51,990 nucleotides of DNA from Klebsormidium nitens (Eukaryota; Plantae; Klebsormidiophyceae). This document shows, piece after piece, positions 21,701 through 33,000 of the stretch (within the stretch, counting starts at the first letter, position 1; each line of letters opens with the position of its first letter). The DNA lies in assembly GCA_000708835.1 (NCBI GenBank), contig DF237098.1:1-51990 (forward strand), given 5' to 3'. Made by a program: the position numbers and the translations under genes. The notes under the pieces are model-generated. The model saw nothing but the letters and a program-made list of their open reading frames with translations. It was not told the origin of the DNA and did no database searches.

Positions 21701-24700
21701 GTGGCCATTTGCTTCGCTTCCGGCCCTTTTCTATTCCACACAGCATCAGACAGGGTCAGAAGCGCTGGTGGGATTTGACCCATCAGACCGTGCTTTTCAT
21801 GGCTGTATTTTGTCCGTTGGCCGGGCCGGCATTACGTAAGGCGCGGAAAACAGTAAAGGGCCAGCAATTCAAAGTGGCCGGCTGACGACGTTCATTGTTC
21901 AGTGATCAGAAGTCCGAGATTGAACCGTTCCATAAGTCAAGGGGACGTTTCTTGATGTTTGGAACCGGCATTCGAGGTGTTGAAGAGTCGTGACGTAGCG
22001 ACTGGCATCATGTTCAGTTCGCAACCACTGTCGCTGAACTTTTCGGCCCAAGCTTGCACTTCTCGTCAAAAGCCTTCAAAGGAGCTCGTCAAGCTGAAGA
22101 CTTGAGCACCAAAAACCGTTCTTTTGGGAAGATAACGGCGCCGGATGCAAACGCTTGGCTTTGTTTCTAGCGGAATACCACACGGCGGCCCAAAGACGAG
22201 AGCGCGCGCGGGGCTGCCACCACTAAGCGGGCGCGCGCGTGTTGACGAGAGCCAAACATTGGACAGCCGGACGGCTCACCAGCTCTGCGCCAGTGCGCCA
22301 ACAACCATCGCGGGATTCGTCAGGAGTGACGTCACACAGCGACATGATTCCCGCTCAGTGTGTCCCAAAATGGACGTTTTGCCCAGAGCAAATCTCTGTT
22401 CGTCACCGCCATGTCTTAGAATTCCGACTCCTCTTTGATGCATGAGACGATTCAAAAAATTCCTGCAAATGAAAATGATCCCTTCAACACTCTCCGCTCA
22501 TGGTCGTAGTGAAAAAAACTGCGTGATCGATTAGATGCATAGCCCATATCCGTCAGGATGAGAGATTAACACGGTAGAGCACAAGAGGCGCGGATCGACC
22601 CTGGAGAGCAAAGTTTGCCAAAGTATATTACTAGCAAGTGATTGACGTGAAAGCATCAGGGTCGGTACATGAGCCTGCATTTAGAACTACGCTCCAAGTG
22701 CAGTCCGTCTGGTCACCGCTTGACTAAAAGTGTTTCGATAAGAGCAGACGTGGTCTCGGAGCCATCGGTGAGGTTCTGAGTGGCAATGACTTCTCGTCCT
22801 CATTCTTTGCCTCTTCATTGGCAGCACTCACGAGCCCAGATCGCTGGGGATCTCTCAATGCACGAAGGCGTTTGGCGTACAGAACCGGGCGTGATGGGCG
22901 TGCCGAGTGCGTGACACGGACAAATCAGTTACAAACAAACTACAGTTGAGTGTGTGAGTGCACTGCGAAAGATGGACGCTTGTCGCGCGAGCGCTCTTGA
23001 CGCGCTTAGCGCCCAGGGCGGACGAGTTGGTGAACTTAGCATAAGACTCGAGTTGATATAGCATAGCGGCCGCGCGGGCGGGACGCGCGCTTAGGGCGCT
23101 CGCGTTGTAAGCGCTCTTCTGGCGCCGGATCCGGGCTTGGCGCGCGCAAACAGCGCGGGACACGGGCACACAGTGGACCTCGCGCGCGATTTCGAGTGAG
23201 AACCTTAAGGACGTACACGTCTCGCCAGTTGCTTGAATCCTAGGCTTTCTGAGAAGTTGCTCGAGGCGGCAACGTGGACACACGTGCTGGACCTTTTCGA
23301 GTACCAAGAAGATTCTGGCTTTCAGAATCTTCAAAGCACTGGTGTGATAAGACGAAGCGCGGGGTCGACACAACCATAAATGACAAACCCTTGCTTTAAG
23401 CCTGAAAAAGCGCCCGTAAATAAGCCCGACTTTACAAAGAAGATAACCTAGTACGTAGGAAGTGCATCGTCAAGTCGAGGAGCACGTTACGGGGCATCAG
23501 CAAGTCCAGGCAAGGATTGGACCTTTTGTCCCAGTTCGATCTGTGCGCAGTCATTGCCCGAGTCGCAACAACAGCTAAAAGCGGGCAGCGTTATTCATCA
23601 ATTCAGAGCTATTGGCTTGTTCTCGGACTAGTTACACACCAGGCTCACGAGGAAGCTCGCGCCGGCGGACTGTGCCGCAAACGTAGGATCCGGTTTTTGT
23701 GTTGGCAAGGGGTCAAGAAGGAAAGAATCGACAGAGCGACGTGCAAATTCTGGTGAAGTGATGACGTTACAGAGACTTCGTAACCCAAAATTTCGGTTGA
23801 GCGAAGTCGACCATCTGGTGGATGAAGATCTTCAAGTGGAGTCGACAATCTCGAGTCCTCGTTCCGAAATCTAGCGAGGACAGTGGTATTTATTGGGATA
23901 GCAACTTGGATCCCCGCGCTTTGAGAACGATTGCATCTTGTTCGGGCCCCTGATGCCTTGCGCGGGCACTTCTGTTGGATGCTTGAAATCTCAGCAAAGT
24001 CGATCCTTGTGCGCAGCACGCAGAATCGATTGCGTGGCATGTTCTTCCAAGCTTGTACGTACAAGAGATGATAAGGTGACGATCAAAGCGGTGGCAAATG
24101 GCATCGAGCACGGTGAACTGCGACGTGACTCTGTTACCAACAACATCGGCAGAAGTGGGCTGTACAATCATGTGCCCAAATGCGCTCATCATGGCCACCT
24201 GAAGATTGACATCGCCGAACTCTCATCGAAAAGTAGCGAAGAACAGGTATCCCTATGAAAGCTTAAACAAAGAACGGAGAGTCTGTGCGAATATTGCGCG
24301 CGAGCGGGCGCGACAGTCGACACAAGCCCGCGAGGCGACACTGCGCGCGCGCGGCGCAAGAATTAGTCACCTGCCATCTTGCGGTGCCCCGAGTGTGCTT
24401 AGACGGTGCTCGCGCGCAGTGAATGATTCAACAGGCTTCCCAATATGAGGAACCCAGCACACTTGGCTGTTGGTCGACATGGCATGTAACTCAAAAATCT
24501 GGCCGCTGAGGCAATCTACATGTATTGTCTGTGTTTGACCATAGCTACGTACTCAAAATCAGACGTCCTGGCGGATTGAGCTCCTCTTCGCGCCTCTCCA
24601 TCTGTGACGACGCTTGAGCGGTCCTGCATACAGGGGTTTGCATGTCTGAGCCTCCCACGTGGGCGCAACAGGAAAGAGTGGCTTTGATCGCAGAAGGATT

Positions 24701-24878
24701 TAAAACGAAAAAGGCACGACATTACAACATTCCAAATTTGATCGCAGCAATCACACCTTGACTGCACACACAAACCCGACACCAGCTCCCCCCGCCTGAT
24801 AATGAATGAGTAACGAGTCTGTCATTTTCTCGACGAAGAGGCAGGCAGCTTTTGCTTCTCAGATCGCTTATTCGAAGC

Positions 24879-27301
24879 TCACCAGCTGCGTCTCTGACGG
24901 ACGGGTTGCGACCTAGCCACCATATACGCGCGCGCCGGCCCCATGTCGATCTTCTTGAGGGCGCTCTTCTGGCCGCCGTCGTAAACCCCTACCAGATGGT
25001 CGCGCAACTCGGGCGAACTGCCATCAGCCGGGACGAGCGGCCTGCCGGACCCCTTTTTGCAGGAGCCCAGGATGCGGAAACAGCGGAACTTGGTGTAGAC
25101 CCCGGCGTCCCAGATCCCCTCGCTCTTACCGTTCCGCTCGTATTCCAGGAACGGGACGCTCTCGGCGAGCTCGTCAGAAGGAGGGTCCTCGAGGAACGCC
25201 TCGAAGCATTCCTTAAAAAGCAGGCGCTCCTCTTGGTTCTCTACGTAGAACCCCTCCAGCACCTCGTGCGCGCTGTGCTTGAACCCTCCCTTCGATTCTC
25301 CGTGCGCCGTGCTAGTCTGGAAGGACAGGTCGAGCGAGGAAAGGCCCAGGACTCGGGAGAAGAAGGCCGCCCGTAGCTCGGCGAAACGAGCGAGGCGTTC
25401 CGCGAAGACAGCGTCGACCCGCTCCGCAACCGAGCACTCCAGATCGAAATAGAGGCGAGTAGGGAGCTCCGGGTACATCACCTCGTACATGTTGCGCTCG
25501 ACGGCGAACTCTGCCAGGTGCTCGTCGTACTTCTGCAGCGCTTCCGCGTCGGCGAAGGTGGTGTACCGCTTGGTGGCGGTGTCGTCGCGGACGTCGCCGG
25601 CCGCCAGGATCTGGTGGCCGTGCGCTCGCGAGTACGCCCGAGCTCGCTCTTGGGGTCCCGCCCCCCTCGCCTCGCAGGGTCTGGAAAACCAGTGGGTGCC
25701 CAGGTCAATCATGTCGGGAACGACCTGCGGAGATCACGACCAGTCACAAAGCGCCACCTGGCACGACAAAAAAGCAACGTGCTCTCTGGACAGGCGGCCA
25801 GAAGGACGGCCCCGGACAGCAGGGGGCCGCTCAAAATCACTCGGAAACCGCCTCCTGTCCTCCCCGTCTACCGAGAATCCCAACATTCCGGCCGTACGGT
25901 TCCGACCGTACCCCCCAGGATCCACTCGCCGATCCCACCATACCCCCCACTTTCACCACAAAAAAGCACGCCTTTACTATTGTTTGTTTTTAGAGGGACA
26001 GAAGGACAGCGAGTCATTTCCCGATTGAATCTCTGGAAATTCCCGACGTCCTCGGCCGTCTTTCGCCGTCCCAGGGGGCCTGACCACCGACGTTCGTGAG
26101 GCATGCAGCTTCGAGAAAGAGAGAGACAGGTGAAGCCTCACATGAGGAAGGTCGTCGTTTCCGACCGCTGCTGCGCGCTCGTTGTCAATGGCTGCATAGA
26201 ACGTCGCGTCTTCTCGCGCGGTGCTCGCGTCGTTCCTGAAGTCGGCCAGAGATCCGCTGGTTCCCGTCTCGCTGGAGCGCTTCTCCCTATTGTCCGCGGG
26301 CTGGACGCTGTCGTCGCGCTCGTTTGAAGAGCCGGCGCTGGGCGAGGCCCGACTCGGAAGTGGTGCCTGTAGACACAACAGCCAATCAGGGAAGCACAAG
26401 CGACGTGACGAGAAGATCTTACCGGCAACTTCGATGCAGGTTGCCGAGAAGACTGCCACGGACTACTGGGGGCTGCCAAGAACCACTCGAGAACCACCTC
26501 CTGTCCTCCACGTCTACGCAGAATCCCAACTTTCCGGAGATGCGGTTTTCGACTATACCTCCTCGTTTACGCAAGATGACCTTACCTCCGCATATGTGCA
26601 GTAAAACCACGGCTCTACTATTTCGTTTTTAGAAGGACAGAAGGACAGGGAGTCGTTTCCTTAGTGAATTATTGAGAGTACCTGACGTCCTCGGCTGTCT
26701 TTCGAAGTCCCAGCATGTAAAGCCTAGGCCAAGCGAATGTTGATAAGATATGAAAAAGTGAGTTGTCTAAATGATTTGAAAACAAAACCCGAAATTCGTA
26801 TGACATGGATTCGAGATAGATTGTCGTGAATCCCAGTTTACCCCAGTTCCGACATGACATTGACGAATACAGAGTGGAGATAAGCAAGAAGTCTTTGGTC
26901 ACATGACCCAAAAGAACCTGGCACACATAATCCGCCCCCATATCCCCCATGACTCGTTAAAAGCCTGAACGTGCTTCTACTGGTCAACCCTGGAAGACAC
27001 ACAAGGACTGCAAAGTCGTTTCCTGAAAGAAATCAGAAAGATCGACGTCATCGGTTGGCTTGCTGAGTGGGTCGGCTGACACCTGTCACACCCCAATTGG
27101 AGGAAAGTGCGGGACCCAAACACAGGTTGTTTCCAAAATGAAGTTTGCAGTTGAAGGTACAACGCTCACCCCCGGCAACATGCTGCCTTTCTGCTCTGCT
27201 TCCATGAGCTCCTCCCCGCTGCAAAGGTCATCACCGAAGGCCTTGAAGGACCGAGGCTCTGAAGCCGGGCACCCATTGGAGCCTCGATTCGGAACTGGAC
27301 T
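24879..27301 (-). CDS. PrimPol-like archaeo-eukaryotic primase-polymerase (NCLDV-herpesvirus/PrimPol clade), spliced; 5' end and possibly 3' end not resolved
   Basis: Core exon 25724-24883/24879 carries NMYEV..PTRLYFDLE (motif I DxE), KHSAH (motif II SxH) and WDAGVYTKFRCFRILGSCKK (motif III). Phase-0 upstream exons at 26366-26142 (tctacag|APLPS...DDLPH|gtgagg) and 27301-27170 (ctgccag|SPVPN...MLPG|gtgagc) splice in frame to ccgcag|VVPDMIDLG. A GTGAGC donor overlaps the apparent stop at 24882-24877. Confidence 0.85.
25791..26074. mobile_element. ~284-bp MITE-like element, copy A, inside primase intron 25725-26141
   Basis: Colinear with 26437-26713 (shared cctcctgtcctcc.cgtctac..agaatcccaac.ttccgg, tttttaga.ggacagaaggacag.gagtc.tttcc, gacgtcctcggc.gtctttcg). 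Ends are weakly inverted: gaaggacggccccggac vs the reverse complement gaaagacggccgaggac. Confidence 0.6.
26437..26713. mobile_element. ~277-bp MITE-like element, copy B, inside primase intron 26367-27169
   Basis: Diverged direct copy of 25791-26074, in the same orientation and at a similar distance (~70 bp) from the 3' splice site. Confidence 0.6.
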
Positions 27302-27730
27302 CTGGCAGGTGAGGGTGGGTATATATGAGGTGAATCGAGCTCAAAAGTTAGTTAGAGAATGCCGTCAAGGTGTTGGAGCCTTCAAGTTGCCGGGGACTGT
27401 GTTTCTAAACAAGCTGCAATTGGAGCTATATGAAACAGAGCATCAGGATATTATTCAGCACAAGGAGATTATCATGGCCACTTGAATCCTTTTGATCCTT
27501 CCTGTACGAGCTGGCGTTTCAACGCCACATGGCCAAAGCCTGATGACTTACAGCAAGAACCTATCTGACAACGAAGATGGGACTTGAATCTCAGGGAACC
27601 CCGTGGGCACTCTTCAGATTTCTAGAGTTCAAGGCAGGGTTCAGACAGGCTTGAATCCACCTTCAAACCTTTAACCACTTCAACGTGGTCATTCCCAGCT
27701 GGTGCTCAATCTTTTCTCAAGGAAAATTTC

Positions 27731-27763
27731 AACTACATGGTGACTACATGGTAACTACATGGT
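27731..27763. repeat. 11-bp tandem repeat x3
   Basis: aactacatggt gactacatggt aactacatggt. Confidence 0.85.
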
Positions 27764-28744
27764 AAGCTTAAAGCTTGTGAAAGCTTGTCATACGCTCTGG
27801 AATTGGTTCTAGACCAGGCCCGCAACGGCAAAATCTGCGAGGAAGTCAGGACATCCGAATTGTAGTTGGTAGGCACTTCTTGCGGATCAGTTCAGCAATA
27901 CGTTTGCACACCGGATCTACCATGTGCCCTACCTTAATCGCGGCACCTACCATGTTTTCCACAGTGGACTTTCGCAGGACCGAGAACAGAGTATACACCC
28001 TGAAAGTATGCAAGAAAACCCGCTCCAAAGAGAAGCAGAAAGATACAGATCGCTTGGTACTTCAATGGTGTGGTCTTGCTCACATTTGGTGGTATTGTGG
28101 GAAGAATCTTAAGATGAGTAATGAACGTAGGTCGGTTTGGCAAACTTCGAAGTAATTCTAGAGACGCTGAAGGTCGCACATTAGGCCAGGCGGTGATCCA
28201 AACCCCCCCTCGTGTGGTGACATCTCACAGGACAACATGTCATGCATCACATGTCATAAGACAACTCAAAAGCACAAATGACTCAGGATGTCATGAATCA
28301 TTTCAATGAAAGGTTTGACCGGTAACAAGTCACTGTCAAACATAAGATTGTTGTTTCTCAAATTGCACACTGCACCATCGGAGAATTATGCTGGTAGGTT
28401 CTTCCGACTTTCCTGCGTTGCCATTATCTCAGACCAAACCGCCAGCTCTCCCACAACCATCTTCTCACACAGACACGAGCCGGTTACATAACTTCGTGAC
28501 TTCGTGACAGCTCAGCTTCCAAGTTCTCCAGTCTAGACTCTAAACCCTAGCTAAGTTTTGAACACGACATCCTTTAACAACGTCATTATGATCTTAATGG
28601 AGTCCATGAGTGTCCAGACAGCTAACCACTCCCACTCAAGGCGGCCTCTTTCACCACTGGCACAAAGCAGATTTGAGAGTATCTACATGAGCCAGATATC
28701 CTGCCTTAAGCAAGCCGATTTATTCATTCTTGAGGCTGCACCAT

Positions 28745-29173
28745 TTACAAAATTTTTGCAGGAGCCATGGGAAGAGCAACAGGAGCAGGAGCAAGGTGGA
28801 AGATGATGCTGGGTGGTCCATAAGTGGTCCATAACTCTGCTGATACACCTCTATCGAAGTGCTGACCATTGAAGGCCTTAAGCAGCTTTTGCATTTTCTT
28901 ACATGTTACATTACGTAATTCTGCCTCAATACAGAAGGACAAACCCAACGTCGGTAACAAGCAGAGAAAGGAGAGCACGGCGCAACCACCGCCATCGCAA
29001 CATCCGTCGTCCATAATCTGATTAAGGCTTTGCACAAGCAGCACATATTCATCCCTCGTAATCCTTCCCGCTAAACGAACATTCATATCGGTATCAAATC
29101 TACCACCATGAGTGTCAACAACAACCTGATGCGCATTTTTCTGGGGGATCTCGTGGACTGTGATGGTAGCCAT
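28745..29173 (-). CDS. Golgin A7/ERF4-family-like small Cys-containing membrane protein (142 aa, intronless)
   Basis: GRFDTDMNVRLAGRITRDEYVLLVQSLNQIM resembles the ERF4/GOLGA7 pattern (F.t.fp..L.GrI..eEF...i..iN). It is followed by a Cys-rich hydrophobic stretch GCCDGGGCAVLSFLCLLPTLGLSFC and KMQKLLKAFN. Start taken at MATIT. Confidence 0.72.
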   Translation of the reverse strand: MATITVHEIPQKNAHQVVVDTHGGRFDTDMNVRLAGRITRDEYVLLVQSLNQIMDDGCCDGGGCAVLSFLCLLPTLGLSFCIEAELRNVTCKKMQKLLKAFNGQHFDRGVSAELWTTYGPPSIIFHLAPAPVALPMAPAKIL

Positions 29174-29581
29174 GCGCTTACGAACTTGTTGCAAATGCCC
29201 TTTGCCTCCTCGTCGTCTTTACCTGTGTGTTGGTTTTGCCGACTTGAAACCTCACGGTGAGAGCGGTCCACCAAATGGTAGCCCAAACTTTTATGTAGGT
29301 ACACTATCTACTAAGGCTTGTTGTTTACTGAGTTTGAATCGCCAAACGAGTCACCTTGAGGATAAGGCAGTGATACGGTATACGACAATATGTATGTTGA
29401 CATATTTTCAGAAGGCACTCCCTGCAAACGAGAATGTACACACTCTGTCGTCATCACAGCGCGAATGTGTTTTGCGGTGGCCAGGGGTTCGAGAGAGGTT
29501 GCCTCGCTGGGATTGGCTGAGGGCAGAAATACATTGGCCGCAGTTCTGTTGGAAATCGCTACATTTTCAACTGTCGCAGTT

Positions 29582-29868
29582 TTCCGGTTTCCAACGGAAC
29601 TGCGGGTAATACATTGAACAGTTTTCCCGGCAGTTGAGTCCGCGTGACCCCCCCGAAACAGCGGCGCTGCGGTGCGCCACATTTCAAATTGCTCTACCGT
29701 ACGTACCGATTCTGCCGGTCTGCACTTCTCTGGGTCGGTAATAGGTATGCCTACCGTCGGGGAGGCAAACCGGTGGCCAGGAAGTCTCTGTAAAATGACC
29801 TCCAAAGGACCTCGCAACCTCGGTGAGGTCCTTTGGATCCCTAGCTCGCAGTTCCGTTGATTCCGGAA
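29582..29868. mobile_element. Putative MITE (~287 bp) bounded by imperfect ~23-bp inverted repeats
   Basis: caacggaactgcg (29592-29604) is the perfect reverse complement of cgcagttccgttg (29847-29859), extended outward by ttccgg/ccggaa. No target-site duplication found. Confidence 0.45.
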
Positions 29869-29919
29869 GATATAATCTGAAAGTCCATTCATCCATTTCA
29901 CCGGTCGGCCCCGGAACAT

Positions 29920-30006
29920 GGAATACTTGACCCCCAGTATTCTGTATTCCAAGGTTTCAAAAAGGCAGTATTCCGTATTCTAGGGTGCTCAAGTATTCTG
30001 TATTCC
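29920..30006. repeat. Cluster of AGTATTCYGTATTCY motifs (3 direct copies plus an inverted half-copy)
   Basis: Direct copies at 29936-29950, 29967-29981 and 29992-30006; inverted ggaatact at 29920-29927. Confidence 0.8.
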
Positions 30007-33000
30007 GTTTTGCAAATGTGACTTTTGACATTTTGAAAGGTACGTAAGGAGTGCGCTTGTCGTGTGAGTTCTTTTACAATCTTGTTTCGTTTGAAGCATG
30101 CTTTTGGATGTCGTTTTACTTCGAAGTCAAGTATTTTGCCGTTGTTTGCCACATGTTGTGTAGTATGCTCGGAAAAGCCTTGTATTCATCGAGCACGATC
30201 GGACAGTCTCGAGATTCCCTCAGAACCGTGCAGACTACGAACACGCCCAATGGCGTCAAAAGGTCCTTCATGGGCGGTCTGGGAACGTCGCCGCGAGTGT
30301 GGCTTTTCAGCCTTTACAGCTGATACGGGTGGAAGCTGTAAAGCGAAGGCCGCTTAAGAGCGCCCATTTGAGTTCCAAATGAGACCAAAATCGACGAGAT
30401 GACTCACGGCAGGTGTCACGCACAGGTACGCGATATTGGTGCTGGTGTCTGGAGATCTTGATAGCAAATTAAGCTTCTCGTTGGCACGATCTGATAGTAC
30501 TCCTGGAATCTCCTCTGAAGTTGCTGTAAGCGGACACGCCCGATCATGGCTTCAGAAGGTTTTCAAAAGATGGGGGACGTCTGCCCCAGTCCTGGGTTCC
30601 CGGCCGTTGTGAGCGGGACTAGCTGAATCAAACTTATAGACAAAAAATGGAATCACTGCAGGTTTCACCAGACTCCTGATTCAGGCGGGCACAAGCTCCG
30701 GGCGATGCCACGTGGCAGCGTCGCGCGGATCCTAGTGAAATACTTCACGATTTTGAAGCTCCGGCATTTGCGGCAAGCTCCTGCCGACGCCCCATTTGTA
30801 GCAAGTTATCCGAATCATATGTTCCCATAGCAAGTTACCAGTGCCGTTTCACAGAGATATCCACAGTAAGAATCAAAGAGAGAGAGGAGGCACGTCATTT
30901 AGATTGATGATTGAAATCGTGTTACGGAGTCGAGCACCAGGACAAGCGACGGGTCAACGAACCTTGTGACGGAGCGCTGCGGCTTTGCTAAGATTGCATG
31001 TTGGCTCGGTCTACATGGAGCAACCAGAATTCGAATCTGCTAACGCGCACCTGAGAGTGGAAAGAACGACGAAGCTTCTCGAAAAGACCGACGAAACACT
31101 AAGACGCGCATGACGGTCGCTGGTAAAAGATCTGAATACTGACTGGCATCCTGATGGACCGGCCACTGTCTTGGGGCTCGTCCCATTACAGCATTCATTG
31201 CAGAAGCAAAACTTTGATTCAAAGTAGAGGTGAAATCCTGGCGTTAAGTGTTCCTTCGAAATCGTGTCGGGGAGACAGGGCAAAGCGTAGGGCAAAATGA
31301 AAGCCTATACTTACAATTCGTGGCATTTGGAAAGACGCTGCAGAGCTTTAAGGTCCCAGGCTGGTAGTCTGCAAACCTAAAGGTGAGTATTACGGTGCGC
31401 TGGAAGATAGCACAAAAAGGTCCTGAACAACCCGCAAAACACGAAGAAACTCCGCCACTTTTTGACGCAGTCAGGATCAGTGGGACAATCAACAACTTCT
31501 CGGTGTAGACTCGGATCTCCAGTCACGCAACTGTGAACCTTGGTAGTCTTTTCACGTCAATTGGCAGTTAAGAAGGCACCTTAATATATATGAGGCAACA
31601 TCTCAGCATGAGTCGTCACTAATAGTGCCAGTGAGAAGCTTGCGAACCGAGGCCAAGCAGAAAAAAGCGGCAGCACGTCCTTTTTATAGTGTGCGGTCAG
31701 AATGTTTTAGATCGGTCCAGCGAAGCAGTTGGACGCCTCTTAGTAACAACAAAGGGACAATGAACATTTGAAAAACAGACGTTGGCCAGCTAAGAAAGTG
31801 CGCGAATAGGTTGTCTGTTGCATCAAGCATAATTTCAAACGTGAAGGCCCTTCAAGGCCTTTATTTCTTACGACACATATAGCACAGATTTTCAAGGCGG
31901 CAAGTGGCACCACGTGGCATCAGCCGGTCGATTCCTCCAATCAGGCTGAGCTCCGCGTCATCGCCAAGGACCGATTACTTTCGGATTAGCGCTTGCAGAT
32001 GAGGACGTTGCGACGAAAGGTTTTGTTTACGTGAGGTCACCACCGACTCGGTCTGATCCTGAGACACATGCGGGTTAGGGCAGACAATCGAGCAAAAAAG
32101 CGAGCGTCGCTCGAACTACAACTTCAGGCCTGGCAGATTGGAGCAAGTAGATATGGATATAACCTGGATCAACACGTGATGGGCGATCAGAACAGAGCTT
32201 TGTTAAGGGGACTCGACGATGGGCTCACTCCAGTAAGGCGTCGAAAGAGTTCCAATGGAATGTGGGCCAGTCTTAGAGTCGAACACACGACGCTTCTCCT
32301 AGGAGATGGCAGTATCATTGTCAATTGACGGATGAAGGAAAGGCTACGAATAACAGGGAAGCGAAGCTGTGGGGCACCAAAAGTGCTTCGTCAGATGGGC
32401 TGTAGTCCCGTCTTGACATTATCGTAGCCCTGTATTTCGGATTCGCTGGTTGAGATGCTGCACAGAGTAGACGGTCATCATAAGAACTTTGACTGCCAGT
32501 CCGCTTTTCAGGTCGATCGTAAGAGCTGCTGCAGCACGTATTAGCGGCCGCTGTCTGCGACTGAGGTGTTGCGCCACATCTGACCCTGCCGGTTGAATCG
32601 CGTCTCAGTGAAGTCGCAAAGGATAACATGAGCTTCGGACTAACAAAGGTCTTTGCCGCAGCCAACGTAGGTGATAAAAAAAAATCTGCAGAAGGTGGCC
32701 TCTGGTGACGTACATGGGTGGTACGCAGGGCGATAACACGTCAGCAAGGACGTCACCCGCGGAACAACCAGACACGAGCGGAGGCAACACGTGAAGGCTA
32801 GGTGCATCAGGATAGAGGCAGCAGTACGCATGATGAAGTATACTTCGGGGAAACCTGAAAAGGCGGCTGACTTCTCAACAACAGCCTGAGTGAGCAACTG
32901 TTCCCTCGAATCCCTACTTGTAATAATTTATGCATGTGGACCAGGATATAATTATTATTGTAATAAAGAGCACCTTGAAGACCGCAAAAAGAACAAAATG

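Noticed and set aside
24879-25724. A causal link between the nearby primase and the GH10 intron echoes
   Set aside because: It is tempting because repriming could yield short duplications, but proximity in one window is the only evidence.
25894-25911. GTACGGT-TCCG-ACCGTAC hairpin as a Helitron 3' end or replication origin
   Set aside because: The stem is only 7 bp, there is no CTRR terminus at the expected distance, and the hairpin is not conserved in the second copy of the element.
24852-26099. Plus-strand ORFs 24852-25376, 25489-26028 and 25518-26099
   Set aside because: They are antisense or overlapping shadows of the GC-rich primase exon and its intron, with no recognisable motifs.
28541-28550. 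taaaccctag as a telo-box promoter element for the primase gene
   Set aside because: It is a single 8-mer match and the primase first exon is not located, so it cannot be distinguished from chance.
29311-29952. 213-aa minus-strand ORF
   Set aside because: It runs through the TIR-bounded unit and the GTATTC repeats, and shows no family resemblance. Probably a chance ORF.
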